A stretch of DNA of 64,000 bases from the human T2T-CHM13v2.0 reference genome, Homo sapiens (GCF_009914755.1 NC_060931.1), one strand, 5' to 3'. Shown: positions 28,401 to 44,581, numbered from the stretch's first letter. Notes: a model not told the origin generated them from the sequence alone. Made by a program: numbers and translations.

Positions 28401-29129
28401 ACTATTTATCTGTGTAACCAGATGGCTTGGGTGTTTGATGTCTTCTAATCTACCAACCTTCTTCCTCTTCTCTATGACATTTTTGTCTCCCCTCCCTCCA
28501 GTGTTAGATATCCTGATGACCTCCCTCCTTCCAAATAAAAATCTTCAGATTTTTTTTTATTTACACCAAGATTTTTGTCTTTACACTTCCCAAGAGTAAA
28601 ATTGCACATCACTTTTAAGCAAAAGAAATTTTAAAACTAAATACAGAATTTTAATCAATAAGTCAGACAGGCACTAGGAAGTTCAGGGGTATATTAGGAG
28701 CCTATCGTGATTTCTCTGAAATGACATTATGTAGTGGCACCTTCTTGTTTGTATGGTGAGTCTGAGAGAGCTCCTTTTTTGAGGTGAATTATAGCCAGAG
28801 GGACCACCTATGCAGTTGCATTTCAATCTCATACATTTTGAAAGATAGGTATGTTTCAAATGAATTCAGCAATGCATACCCAGAAAATTACTTAATAGCA
28901 AATGAATTATTGCTTCACTTGTTACATAGTAAAATCATTATGATAATAAATCTTTAGTGTGGTTGCTGAAAGCTTCAGCTTGGGGTGTCGAGCAAGGGAA
29001 GAGTAAACAACCATGCCTCACAAGGCAGTACAAACTTGAGTTACAAAATTATACTTCCTAGGGAAACCAAACCAGCTCCCATATTGATACTACTAGGGGC
29101 TAGACAAAACAAATTAAAACCAAAAATGT

Positions 29130-31497
29130 TAGAGTGGACTCAGAGTTAAACATGGGTGATTGAAAACATGCATTTTTCTTCACTGTCTTCTGAAACCCAA
29201 TAAACATAACCATAAAGGGATCTAAAAAGACATAAACCTACGAGGACAAAGAGGAGCAGGAAAGAGATGACCCTGAACAAGACAGTTCAGCAAACTTTTG
29301 GAAGAAGGAAAATGGATGAGTAATAACTGACTTGGCTGAGTAGAGAAAGGTGAGCCCTTACTGCAGGCAGGAGGAGAAGCCGACAAGAGGGAACCAGTCC
29401 TCACAGCAGAGCCACTGGTCCCCTCAGGAACTGAGGCACCTAGTACCTCTGCACAGGAAGTGTTCAGGTACAGCTGAAAGTAAGAGGACTGGTTGAAAAC
29501 CTATAAAAAGCAGTCAGAGCATGAAGATCTCTCCTGCTTCTCTCTTAGAAGGTGAGCAACTCTCCCCCACCTATCGGAGACATGAGCCTTACTGTCTGGG
29601 GAGATTGAAACAGAGAGGTTCCAGTCTCAGGGACACCCAGCCCAGCATAGGAAACCCAAAGGGCCAAAAACAAAGGCACTGAGTGAGAACTGGACCCTCA
29701 CTTGGAGGGTTGGAGTTGTTGAACTCCAATGGAGTTCACCAATGGAGAAGTTGAACCCTCAGTTTCCTTCCCCTGCTCACCTTGTAGAATGCTGATAGCC
29801 ATCCTTAGACTCTTATAATACCGCCTTTCCCATGTCTCCAATTAGCAGAAAATTACAGGGTTCTTCTCTGGAGAAATGAGCTGGTCCACTAGAAAAGGCC
29901 TCCAGATTTTGACATTGAGTGTTCTCCAGCAAAATGACTCCTTCTCAGCCTAATAGATCCTAAGTCAATAAATCTCACCTATGCATACAGAGCATCCAAT
30001 CAGCTTTTTAGTGTCCTTCTTTTAAATAACAACTGATAGCCAAAGATTACCAGGTATTTGATGAAAGCCTTCAATATGAAAGATAGATAATAAAGAAACA
30101 GGAATGGAAGGAGGAGCTCTGGAAAAATAGAAGCAATGTATACAGCAACATAAAACTTGGAGAAAAAAAAATCCCCTCAACAACATAAGATACTACAATT
30201 GTGCAGCAGGAAAAGGATGCCACAGAGAAGAGACAAAGACCAAGAAAGAGCTCTTGGAAATTAAAAAATATGATGACTGAAATTAAAAAATCAACAGAAG
30301 GTTTAGAAGAGATAGTTGAAATCTACCAGTTGTTTTCAGGCTGTACACAGAGATCAAACAGGATAGAAAAAATTAATGAGAAAGTTAGAGGTAGAACCAG
30401 AAAATTCATTCTCTGGTTAACAGGAGTAACAGAAGAAGAACAGACAAATGAGAAAGGGAGGAATTATCAAATAAATAATACAAAAATAATTTCTCATAAA
30501 CAAAGGATATGAACTGCCAGATCAAAAGGGCTAGGTAACCCACACACAACGAACATAAAAAGATCACACCAAAGTAAATGACCATGACATTTTAGAAGAT
30601 TCTAATCATTTTCAGAAACAACAAAAGGGCGTATATCAGGAACTAGAGTGACATCAGTTTTCTCAATAATAACTCAACAAGTTAGAAAATGATCAAGCCA
30701 TGTGTCCAGCCAATCTATGCAGCAAGTCATAGTTTTCATTCACTCATGTTCAACTTTAAACAACTGCATCTCCTATGTACTGCTTCTTGGGAAGCTCCTG
30801 GAGGATTTGCTCCAGCAAAATGAGAGGATAAACCAAGAAAGAAGGCCTGAGAGCCATACAATGAGACGGGACCCAGGAAAGAGGTGGAGGGAATTCCCAG
30901 CCACACAGGGGAGGCAAGGTCTGGACAGCAACCAATCCTGTTAGGAATAGAACCCTGGGATGCCCCTGGGAAAAGGGCACAATTAGATGCCTGACATGTT
31001 CAACAACGTTGAGGGCAATTGGCAAAGAGTTTGAAAGAAGAAATAATGATTTACAGATAGAAAATTACTAAATAGACAATTATTAATTACCAACAAACTG
31101 TCAGAAATAATTAAATATCACTGTACACTGTGTCTTAATTGTAAAAAATAAATACATAATGGTAATATAAACATCACAAATTGATTTATTCAAAGATGGT
31201 GATATAATTTGCTTTGGGAGAGAGTCAAATGGAAGGATGGTTGGAAGAGGGGAGGGGAAACGGGGTGGAGAGAATTCAGTTCTCACCCTCCAAAAGAGAA
31301 AGCTATAAATAGTGGCTAAAATAGATAATCAAGGAATAGCATGGCAAGCCTGTTATTTAGAAATACAGGCATGGAGGGGAACTAAAGAGTGAGGAAGGAT
31401 TGGGCAAGATAAACAGTTTTCTCTTTAAGCATTTTACTGTTTGATTTTAAAAATGTGTTGTATTACTTTTGTAAATATTAAAAATGAATTTTAAAAA
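29130..31497 (+). mobile_element. HAL1 (half-L1), near full length, degenerate ORF1 only
   Basis: 5' ggactcagagttaaacatgg..tgaaaacatgcattt. ORF1-like coiled-coil remnant (30201..30512, WKLKNMMTEIKKSTEGLEE). Then gggaagctcctggaggatttgctccagcaaaatgag and a 3' UTR with no ORF2. Confidence 0.75.
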
Positions 31498-31604
31498 CCA
31501 GACCTAAAGAATAGGTATTCTCATTTATGACCCAAAATAAATTAATAGTTGGTTTGGTTCCTTTTGCTATAATTTCTCCAGGTCAATAAGAATATATGTC
31601 ATAC

Positions 31605-31721
31605 CTGGTTCAAACATGAGACAATGCGTTAAAACAAAGGGCTTGCAATTCACAGAATTAGAAGGCACATACGATGAATTGATGTTCTTGGGGTTGGGGA
31701 ACACAAGGCTCTCATTTGATG
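31605..31721 (-). pseudogene. Intact-looking 117-nt phase 1-1 exon
   Basis: Acceptor ttttatttcatttcaaacag (31722-31723) and donor CAG|GTATGA. 39 codons with no stop: SNESLVFPNPKNINSSYVPSNSVNCKPFVLTHCLMFEP. Confidence 0.6.
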
Positions 31722-31917
31722 CTGTTTGAAATGAAATAAAATAAAATCCAAGCCAAGTCAAAGTGCCACAGGTAGGAAGTGATTATAAACCAGCACTTGT
31801 CTGTAAGAGTTTCACAAATATCACATCACTTAATGACCAGAAGCCTGTTAATTGTCTGGGTACCAGAGTATTGTATCAGATAAATTCAGTTCTATATTAT
31901 ACTTCATATATCTGATT

Positions 31918-32051
31918 TAAAAACATTTTTTAATAGAGGTAGGGTCTCGCTATGCTGCTCAGGCTGGTCTCAAACTCCTGGGCTCAAGCAGTCCTCTTGC
32001 TTTGGCCTCTGAAAGTGCTGGGATTATAGGTGTGAGCCACCATGTCCAGCC
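31918..32051 (-). mobile_element. FLAM/Alu left-monomer
   Basis: Single monomer only (agggtctcgctatgctgctcaggctgg..gagccaccatgtccagcc). Confidence 0.88.
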
Positions 32052-33445
32052 TGTGTATCTGATTCTAATGCTGTGTATAACTAAAATAAAAAATAATTAT
32101 TTAAAGCACAGGAATAGGGCACTAACCAATGCAATGAACTATTACCTCTCTCTTTCATGAAAAGTCATACCTTTAATTAAAAGTAACCCAATACTACACA
32201 TAATATATTTATTGGGAATATGTCAACCTGTTGAGCAATGAAACATACTGATTTTCATAGCTAGTCTGTAATAAAACAGCTTAAGAGAAAACATAAATTT
32301 TATAATTTATTAACAACTCAACAAGGTGATCTTTGTATTAAACATGTTTCTATTCCATTCTTCTCTATTTCATGTTTAAAATGTTGATTTCCATCCAGTG
32401 TCATGAAATCAATGTAGTAGGTTAATAACAGCATTTATTTTTTAAAATGAAATAAAATACAATATTTCAGAATATTCTGGAATGAATAGAATTGAGTAGT
32501 TGTGGCTGTAATTGGAAAAACACTGCACAATTCAATATTGCTTTCTTACTAGAAACCCTGTCCTTTATACTTTTCAAAAGCCTTGATCCTCATTGGAATC
32601 TGATACAGGAGTGCCAGGACTGGTGAGAATCACATAAACTGGAGAAATTGGTAAGCCAGCAGTATTCTTGGTGGCTCTTTCTAGTCCATTTGCAAGATTC
32701 TGCTAGGCCACTAAGCTAGTTTTTCAATACTTAAAAAATGCTTTCACTGTTACCCACGGTGAAAAAAATGTCAGCATATATCATATGTAAGTAAGGGTGA
32801 TTACTGTTTTGTGAAACTTCTATTTTAGTTCTATATAACAGAGAGACAAATTGAGAGAGAGAGAGATGTTGGTATGAGAAAGGTTTAAAAAGTCACAAAA
32901 ATGTCTGTTAAGACCATAATTTTGACACATGAATCTTAGTTGCAACAGTTACAAGCTGTGTAAACTCTGAAAAGTTGCTTACTCTTAGAATCTCCGTTTC
33001 CTCATCCATTAAGTGGGAATGATAATATCTTCCTCAGATGATTCTTGCCAAGATGAAATGCAATAATAATCCATGTTACATTTTTCCCAGCTCACAGTAG
33101 AGAAGGCCCTTAGTAGATGCTGGCTTTCATTACCAAATGTATTCTCCCATCCATACTTATCACTTGCCTGAATCCTTTGCCAGGTGGCACAATTAAGAAT
33201 GGCAGTTTAGGAATGATTTTCCCAACTGGTTAGAAAAGATTGGTCAACATTCTCTGTCAAAGTACGTATTTCTCGTTATTATTTCTCACTCATTATCTTG
33301 TAGTAGGTACATACTATATTTGCTGTTTTCTTTTTTAATTTATTCTTTGGCCAGCATAACTTTTTTCAGAAATTTGTATATCTACCTAGGAGAAAAAGAT
33401 TAATGTGTACCAACTTAGTGTATATGAGGCCATATAGAGATACTA

Positions 33446-33746
<301 letters not shown>

Positions 33747-34423
33747 TACAGATAGTATTTAATAATCAGGTGTAGGTGATGATGGTGACCATTGATAATA
33801 TACCCAGAGCAAGGGATGTGATGCCATTTCCATTCTCACACCTAATTTGTAATGTAATCTTAAACCTATCTTTTGGCAAATAAGCCATTTTATGAAATGT
33901 GTATATGTATTTTACAGAAGGATTCTGTACTTCCTGAAAGATGGACTACAGATTACCTTTAAGTCGTGAGCTTAACTTGTGCATTTAGAACATGGCTAAT
34001 GTGTGAAATTAGCACAATTCACACACACAGTAAGAGGAGCAGCATGACTGAGTGGAAACAGCACATGCTCTTGTGCAGCCAGGCCAGCTCTCAAAAGCTA
34101 GCTTCACCACTCTCTGTGAAACTTGGACAAGTTAATCTCTAAAGAAACTCAATTTTCCCATCACCTGAATGGGCATGTTCATAGGCCACCGGTGCCAAGT
34201 AGTGTGTAAAGTATTTAGCACACAGCCTTATGCAGAATAAGCAAACACAAGTATTTTAAAAGACAGCATGAAGTGTGCATATAACAGCAGAGGGGAGGCA
34301 ATCTAAGGAAGAAGGAATATTGCCTTTCCCTGATGCTCCATTTTCTGTTTTGTCTTTATTTTAGATTGACTGCTATCTTAACCTGCTTACCTGCTTGCTT
34401 ATTGGGGTCCAATTTAGAGTTAA

Positions 34424-34735
<312 letters not shown>

Positions 34736-35276
34736 TGATATGGATGCCTCTTAACATGCCACCAGTTACACACTGTGTGGTTTGGGCAAGTTATTTAACT
34801 TCTCTGAGCCTCAGTTTCCTCATATATAAATACTGAACCTAAACGGTGTTAGTTATTGAGCAGACTAGAGCTGATGTGTGCAAATCAGCTGTCATGATGA
34901 TTGACAAATATAGTAGGTCCTCAATCAATGCTAAATTTATGCAAATGAATTTTCGAGGCCATGGAAGCCATTGTTTCATTGCACTGTATGTAGTGTGCAC
35001 TTGCTCTGCCTTGATTATCTTATGTTCCTATGGCAGTGAATACACATTCTCCATCCCCTAGGGAAAACTGAAAGGTTGGGTGCTTCTTCAGAGAAGTAGG
35101 ACAATCCAAAACACAGACAGGAGTTAATAACCAAGGAATCAAACATTCAGAAAGTTGGTGAGAAATAGAACATGTGTTTGATTAGATACTTGTGAAAATT
35201 ATATCTTCAATTTTCTTTGGTTTGTGCCTGAATTAAAACATCCTTTCCTAAAATATACTTCCTTACAGTCAAGCAT

Positions 35277-35590
35277 GATTTTCCCAGATATTAGAGCATC
35301 AGTTGCTTGCTAATTTGGGGCATTTTAGAAACTATTCTGGAGCCATCTCTATTGTCCTTTATGGCTTGGCCAGGATTTAAAATACACTAACAGCACTTCT
35401 ATTATCTCTTGCTCATTTTCAGGATGTCTTGGGTATTTTTAAGGCTTCTATTATGACTGCACTGCCTCATAGCAATGACTCCTCAGTTTCTTGGAGAGTT
35501 TTACCTTCCCTTGATCTGATCTTTGGTTTTTTTTTTTATTCTTTATTTTATTTACAGTTATCTTTTCTGACATTTCAACAACTTCACATA
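35277..35590 (-). pseudogene. Candidate fossil exon
   Basis: Frame CEVVEMSEKITVNKIKNKKKNQRSDQGKVKLSKK..HPENEQEIIEV..SGKIMLD ends at phase-1 donor ACT|GTAAGG; acceptor AG not intact. Confidence 0.3.
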
Positions 35591-35712
35591 TGTTAAGAAG
35601 AAAAATCAAGTAACTAGTAGTAAAATCTGTAAATTCATGATAACAAAAGTATTTGTATACATATACAGAATATAAATTGCATAGATGCAATATAAATTGC
35701 ATACCACTGTGA

Positions 35713-36100
<388 letters not shown>

Positions 36101-38674
36101 CTATTTATCTGTGCACATTTTCAGAGATGAAATTGTCCTATGAAAAGTTGTATTTGGTGATCAACAACTATATTTTTATGAAACAGCCAAATTGTATTTT
36201 GAAATAAATAAGAATAACTTCCCAGACGGTGGGAAGACTTGTTATTGTCATTATAGCTGTTTTCGCTTAGGTGACAAGAGTAGTTTCTGAGATGTATGGA
36301 AGTATTGAAGAGTTTAATTATATTATTCTCCTCCTACCGGGGGCTTAAACACTCATACTGAGCCCTCCTTTCATAGAAGCAGATTCAATAACAACAGCAA
36401 TAACAACAAGCAAAACCCACCGGTGAAGACTGAGTCTTGCCACAAAACAACCACGTTTCGGGGACACAAATTATGTGCCCCACAGAACAACCCTGTTAGT
36501 GGAAGAGGTGCATCTTACAGGTTTTCCTATCTCTGTACAGCCAGCTTTTTCAGAAGTTGAGTTTGCCTTCATTTTGATTAGGACAGTTAGTTGAAGCACA
36601 GATAGATCCTTAAGCCTTTATTTTTCTCTTCTTCCGTTCTTTATATTTTCTTTGTATGTGCGTTTGTGTGTGGAGGAAGGCCAAGTTTATATTGCCTATA
36701 GGAACATTGATAAATTTGCCAAAATATGAGGGCCTTAATGTTAGATGTCCTTTAATATGTCTATGTATTATATAATTTATATAAAATATAAAATTACTAC
36801 TGGGCCTTGATATAAAAATACCTACCACAATCCTTTTTTTCTTTTCCTTTTTTTAAATTGCACTTTAACTTGTATAGAAAATACTTTGATTCAGTTTGCA
36901 AATGAAACAATACGACACTGTTTGGCCTGAGATCACGGACTAGCCTGGTACTTCTCTTGAAACTTTGAACTATGTGTTTGTGAGGTGAGCATTTATGTAT
37001 CTGTGGCAGTGTGTTAGCAGAAAGATTCCTATACAGCTAGAATTCAATGTTAGATGGTATTTTTAAAGCTGAAATTAGATTCTCTGCTTTGATTATTCCA
37101 TTGTGGGTCCCCAGTTATATTTTAGTGTCCTTCACCCTTTCCTCCTTTATTATTTATAACCTGTACTCTTTGAGCAATGACCAGTACTAATCTGTAACCT
37201 TCTGTCCTTCTGCCTGATTCGCTGCCTTTTTTGAAACTCCAAGATTGAAGCATATATTCTCAGAGTTTCTGTTAAAAAATATATTACATTTTTTTCATAT
37301 TTCTGAGCCTGAAATAAGAATCATTTCTGGATTATCTAGTCTCATTCATTTTCAGTAGGCCAGCTTCAAAAAAGAGAGCAAGAAAGAGAGAGGAGGAAGC
37401 ATAAAGAAAGCCCATTTTTGCATTTTTTGTATTTATTATCTTATAATATCTCTCACACGAACACACAAATATACTTTTGCATATACATTTGTTAAAAAAA
37501 ATATTGATTTCTAGATTAATGCACTGGGTCTTTCTCTCTTCCCTTGCCTTGCCTTTTCAAACCTCCACCTTCCATCCACAGGAGCTGGACCTAAATAATA
37601 ATCAAAACAAAGAATAGCAATTCATTTGTTCTTGAGGTGCACTAAAAAGAAGTGGGGCATAAAGCAGCATTAGCAGCAAATTCCCTAAGGACCAAAGACT
37701 CCCACTGGTTCCAATCTCCTGAATGGTGCCTGTCTCTCCCATGCAGCTAATGACTGAAATGGGATCCATTGCCACCGGGAGCTTTTAATTTCTTTACATT
37801 GTTCAGGTCCCTGTGATGCAATGCAAAGTGACAGCTTCCATTCCAGTCTTGCTCATTATCAGCTCTTACACGAGACAGCAAGGACAGATGTCTTTATCTG
37901 CATGTTAGACCTAACCTTCGTCACCATGTAAGCTGAATTCAGCCTTGGCTAAGGTATAAGGTATACAGCACTGTGGGCATGCTTATAAATCATCTCATAT
38001 CCAGGGGGATAGGGAAAGGAAAAGGAAAGTGGAGGCAAACTTTGGTTTGGTTAAAAGCCACCACTTGGAGGGCAGGGAACTTCTGAGGAAGGTCCAACTG
38101 TGAGAAGGGCATGCAAATTTCAGGTGTGGATTGGGAAGTGAATGAGATGTGCCTTGGTTTGTTCTGGTGTCTAGTCTTGACTGTCATATTTGGCCATGAG
38201 CACTCCGTCATTAAGTAGGATGTTGAGTCAGTCCCTGCTAGTTAAGTACGTGTTGTGAGTTTCTTTTACTTCTTCTAGAAATGGCTGCATGAACTACAGC
38301 AAAATTTGTAGATTTCTGCCATACTCAGTCTATGTTTAGAAATGAAAATAATTAAGACTGGCCTAAGATTTTCCTAAGCAGACCTCAGCCAACAAAGATG
38401 GTCCAAATTCTCGGTATATTGATGATTCAGATCTATCTCCTGAAAGCTAACACTCTCTAATGCTGCATGTGAGAAAGCTAAAACCAATAGCGTATGTAAT
38501 TTGTCTTAAATGTATATGGAAATCAGAGATACACATAGATATTTACAATCCATACCAACACATGCTTATCTGCAAGGTGGCTTATTGGAATCAAATGTAA
38601 GTAGAATAATTTATTAGACCAGTGGGCTAAAGAAATAGATTAAAGACTTTAAAAGCAGTGAAATATGGTTTTGA

Positions 38675-39016
38675 CCATCACAGCCCAGTAGAAATTAAAT
38701 GCAAGCCAAGTATGTAATTTTAAACTTTCTAGTAGCCACATTAAAAAAATAACTAAAGACAAACAAGGAATTAATTTTAACAATATATTTTATTTAACCT
38801 CATATATAAAAATGCTATCATTTGAAGATGTAAATTAAATGTATTCATTAGATAAAAATGTAAAGATTATTAGTGAGATATTTTACATTCTCTTTTGTAC
38901 TTGGTCTTTGAAATCCAGTATGTAGTTTACACTGATAGCATATCACACTTGAATTTGAGACGTTTTAAGTGCTCAGTAGCCACATGTGGCTTGTGGCTGC
39001 GATAATAACACAGCAT
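38675..39016. mobile_element. MER33 (hAT-Charlie)
   Basis: gtagaaattaaatgcaagcca..ctagtagccacattaaaaaa..gtgctcagtagccacatgtggc. Confidence 0.85.
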
Positions 39017-39124
39017 AAGACAGACATGGTGACTCATAAGAAGCCATGTTTCCTTACCAAAAACGTGTCTATTTTAGAAATGATGAAGAGGATCTTGGTA
39101 GTATCTTGGCTTAGGTAGGGAATA

Positions 39125-39935
<811 letters not shown>

Positions 39936-41366
39936 CATGGAGAAGAAGCAGCTTAGAAAATATCATGTATATGTATATGCATACTTTTATATTTTAAAAA
40001 ATTTATTTCCCTTTTAACTACATCATTTCTATAAGATTAAATTCAATATTCAATTCAGTCACATTTCTGAACTCTGCTAAAACAATGCTATTATTAACCA
40101 AAAAATTAATGGTGAAATCTGCCTCCCAAATGTACAGGAGCTGAATCCTAGACATAAATTGCATGTTAGGGTGGTGCAGAGCTAGGCAGCTAGCCTGAGC
40201 ATTAGCAAAATTTGGCACATGTGGATTATTACATATAAATGGGTTACCATAGATGCATATCTTAATTTTATGATTATCTGTGGGAAATATTCCTGCATAA
40301 GGATGTTTGGACTTTTTGGTGTGTAAATGCAGAATTCTAGTCTACTGTCAGTCTTTACAGAAAAGTCTGATTATTATCAGTGACGAATGTGCACAGGATG
40401 AAATTGGTGGTATTTTATTCTTATTCAATGTGTTTATTGCTAGGAAACAAGAAAGAAAACCAAAGATATCCAGTTGCTTGGATCTATGATCGCCATGTGT
40501 TCTCAGGCAGTCTGGCAGCCAGATAGAAACCATTTCTTATCTCCTATTAGAATCACAAGTTATTCCTGGTCTCCAATTTAAGTTTTCTGTAGAGTGAAGA
40601 AAGTACATTTACCTCTGAAAAGGAATTCAACTGAAATTCAGTGGGAGTATATTAGACTCTAAGAACAAATCTCTTGCTAGCATCCTTATTTAGTAAAAGA
40701 CTCTCTTAATGCAGTTAGGATGAAATTCAGGATCAGGATAAGAGTGGATATTGCTTTTGGAATATCATGGTGAAAATAAACATACCTGAAATGACATGAA
40801 TGCCCCTCAGGAGTTCAGACTGAGTAAACGGTGCTGGCAAAGGATTCAAAAGGGAGATTCTTTATCTTAGTAATTGGTCATTTCTTAGTGTGTTCAGAAA
40901 AATTGTCTTTTGAGTTGTGTCTGGCCATCATTTCTCTGCTTTCTTAGGAGAATGGCTTTCTCCTTGGGAATCTCAAGGTTAGCAACTCCAAAGATGTGAG
41001 TTCAAGTCCCAAGCTTCATGAGAATAGAAATTCTGCCTATCTTGTTCACTATTGCATTCTTATTGCCTAGAAAGGTGCTTAGCATATAGTAGTTGCTCTA
41101 TGAATATCAGATAAAGGAAATTTGACCTAAACTGATTTAAATATACATTGTTATGTAGGAAAACCTTAAGAAGTATAACTGATTCCTCTCTTCTCACACC
41201 CTCCCAAAGCTTTGCCCTCAGCTTAACTGACAATGGACTTTTACAATTTAATTTTGAGATGATGGGCATTCTTTGGCATTTAACCCCAATGCCTGTTTGT
41301 TAATTGTGATATTATACTCAAACTGGTAACAATTTTTTTTCATGTGTCCAGGTGGCTGAGAGACAA

Positions 41367-41373
41367 TAGATAT

Positions 41374-41414
<41 letters not shown>
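41367..41414. repeat. (TAGA)10 tetranucleotide STR with one upstream unit
   Basis: Ten perfect TAGA units at 41375-41414. Confidence 0.97.
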
Positions 41415-41490
41415 CTGATGGCTCCATACACATCATTTTTTAACACAATTTGAAGGATTTATCTTTCACTAGGCAACAGTTCAAACTTCA

Positions 41491-41850
<360 letters not shown>

Positions 41851-41889
41851 TTAAGTAAAATACCATTTTTTTTAAAGTAAAGAAAGGGG

Positions 41890-41892
<3 letters not shown>

Positions 41893-41924
<32 letters not shown>
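41893..41924. repeat. (GT)16 microsatellite
   Basis: Direct observation. Confidence 0.97.
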
Positions 41925-41927
<3 letters not shown>

Positions 41928-42589
41928 AATGTCTTTTCCTTTCTATAGGATATTTATTAACTATAGGAAAAATTATATTTAATATCAGATGAAACAAAAT
42001 GAATGAAGGTAATGAAATTCATATAATTACTCACCACCCGGAAGGCAGGAGAACACTGCAGTTACAGAATTAGAGACTTGCATTTTTCCTTAAGGATTTC
42101 AACTCTTTAAATACAGGATGCCTGATTTAGACGCACATGGGCCATCCAAATGACTTAGTTGACAGTACATGGAACAGCATCATAGCTGCAAAAAATTCAC
42201 TTGAGAGAAGCTACGTAAGCACAAGCAACCTGCTGAGCTAAGTGTGCTGTGGCTTGGACTTTTATCTCCCTACACAAAAGGAAAATGAAACTACATACAG
42301 CAAATAAGGGATTCCTTCATAGATTGTGTTTTTCTTGAAAAAGAAGTTCTGCAAATATATGTGGAAAACTCACTGAATCATAATAGAGTTTATTACTCAG
42401 AAGAACAACTTTTAAAAATCAGATTTTTTTTTTCAAACAGGAGGAAAATAATTTGTTTAAAAAACATCTCTTCTGGGCCATGTCCTCAAATGTGCCTGCA
42501 TTTTTGGATGCTAAGTAGAGTCTGGGTGGAATTGTCAGTCACCCCAAATGAACAAGTGGTATCTGAAAAGTCACTGTTTAATGAAAAGG

Positions 42590-43340
42590 GTACACTTGGG
42601 ATTTGGCCGCCTTGGCTGGAGGAGGAATCCGGCCTTTCGGCGTTCCCACCTGCTGCTACGGGCGCCGGGAGCCTAGTTGCTGCGTCTCACGGATGCAGGT
42701 GAACCCAGCGCTGAACCACTTTCACAGTCCAGAAAGCATGACATTCCTTGTTACCAGTGGGAGGAAAGGCTAATTGAGAAGTGTGTATAAAGGCTGTAAT
42801 GAGTAGCATTTACATGTATTGATTAGAAGTAGGGCCACCGTTTCTCATTTATCACCACCAGCAGCTGTGAAATTTTCCCCACGTCGATTGGCACGGCTCA
42901 GATTCCCGCTCCTCCGGTCCTTTATTGCTTTTTTCCCCTTCCCCTCCTGAACCAGAGTGGTGATCCACCAGCTGGAATGGCCTGGTAATTACTCCAGCTC
43001 CTCCACCAGCTGCCACAATTGCCAAACTGCTGGAGTGAAAAATTCCATCCCGCATTTCCGATTTTTTACATTACCATTGCATAATCATATTTGACGAATA
43101 ATTAACCTGGGTTAATACTTCAGGGAGCCATTTGCAAGTAAATTGATAAGCTGAGTGCTGTAACGGCTCACAAGGGCCGAGGACTTTGGCGGTGGCACGC
43201 TGCTGCTGGTCCTCGCTGCCATCAAGGGAGTGTTCTTTTTGACTGCCTGAACTGACCGAGGCGGCCACCCTTTAAGAAGAGCCCTTGATTCGGTCGAGTC
43301 GGAGGAGAAAAGACCCTAAATCTACGGCCATCCTGAGTGG
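42590..43340. promoter_or_regulatory. Non-repeat CpG-enriched element, candidate enhancer or promoter
   Basis: Roughly 30 CpGs in 750 bp against a CpG-depleted background; three CAGCTG E-boxes, GATA sites, TAATTA and ATTGG motifs. Confidence 0.55.
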
Positions 43341-43578
43341 CTGGAATCTCCTCCTTCTTAAAGAGCTAGACCCATTTTCTATATCCTGGCTGTGAAATGG
43401 GTATTTCAAGTGCCATAGCCCATGTTGAGAAATTCACTAAGTCAGGAGGTTGTGAGTTGGTATTCAGGAAATTACAACCTTTATTTTATCTTCTGATCTT
43501 TCTCCTGCACAGTGGAGAGGCTCCTTTGACTGGCTAGAGAGTGATTTGCTTCCCTTCCGATGAGAGGCATCTATTTTG

Positions 43579-43841
43579 TTTTTTATTTTTTTTTTATGTT
43601 TTTAAATTTTTAAATGTTGTGGGTACATAGTAGGTGTGTATCTTTATGGGGTGCATAAGATGTTTTGATGCAGGCACACAATGCGTAATAATCACATCAT
43701 GGAAGATGGGGTATCCATCCCCTCAAGCACTTATCCTTTGTGTTACAAACAATCCAATTATACTTTTTAGTTATTTTAAAATGTACAATTAAATTATTAT
43801 TGACTATAGTCACCCTGTTATGCTATCAAATACTAGGCCAT
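43579..43841 (-). mobile_element. 5'-truncated L1MA (MA1/2-like) insertion
   Basis: 3' end gggtacatagtaggtgt..atcccctcaagca; TSD atgagaggcatct(a/g)ttttg at 43560 and 43842. Confidence 0.9.
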
Positions 43842-44581
43842 ATGAGAGGCATCTGTTTTGGAAGCAAAGGAAGTGTGTGCCAGACAGAGGGAATGAGTGA
43901 AAGTAACGGATAATGACCATAGTTCCAGATCAAATGTAATTTGTCTGGTCATTTTGGAAAACTGTAAGACTACAGCAATAGAAGAGCATCACAGTTTAAC
44001 CATCTGAATTCAAATTTGCTCATAATTCCATTTGTTGTGGCCAGTCAGAACACTGAATTTTTTTTCAGTTGCTTAGTTCTCATACCTTCTAATTTTTTAT
44101 CTCTTCATCCATTCATTTCAGGCCATACTCTCGTTCAAGGCTAATCAGAGAGGCAAATGATGACCCTACAATTTCAGAAATAATGTTTGCATCATTTGTG
44201 GTTGAGCTTTGGCATGTGAGCGAGTGTTCCTAAAGTGGAACCAGTGTGTACCAGCCCAGCACAAAGTCAGCACTCAGCATTTGTCACCGTGTGAGGTATG
44301 GCAAGGAAGAGCAGCTCCTTTCAGACTCAACTGTAGCTCTAAGTGAAATCAATGGCCGAACAATCTAACACAATTGGTCACATATTGATAGAATTAAACA
44401 CTGCTGTTAACGTGGCTTGTCATTGATCTGACAAAAATAGAGTTCAGAGTAAAAGTAGCCTGAAGCCTTTGGACTCTGTGTTTATGGAGAAGAGGTGTGG
44501 GGCGAGGAAGGGGAAGGGGAAAGGAACATGAGAATTATTTTGCTCCGCCTACTTAAGATGGATTTTTTTTTCTTCACTTAC

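Noticed and set aside
30201-30512. Coiled-coil 103-aa ORF
   Set aside because: Degenerate ORF1 of the HAL1/L1-type element.
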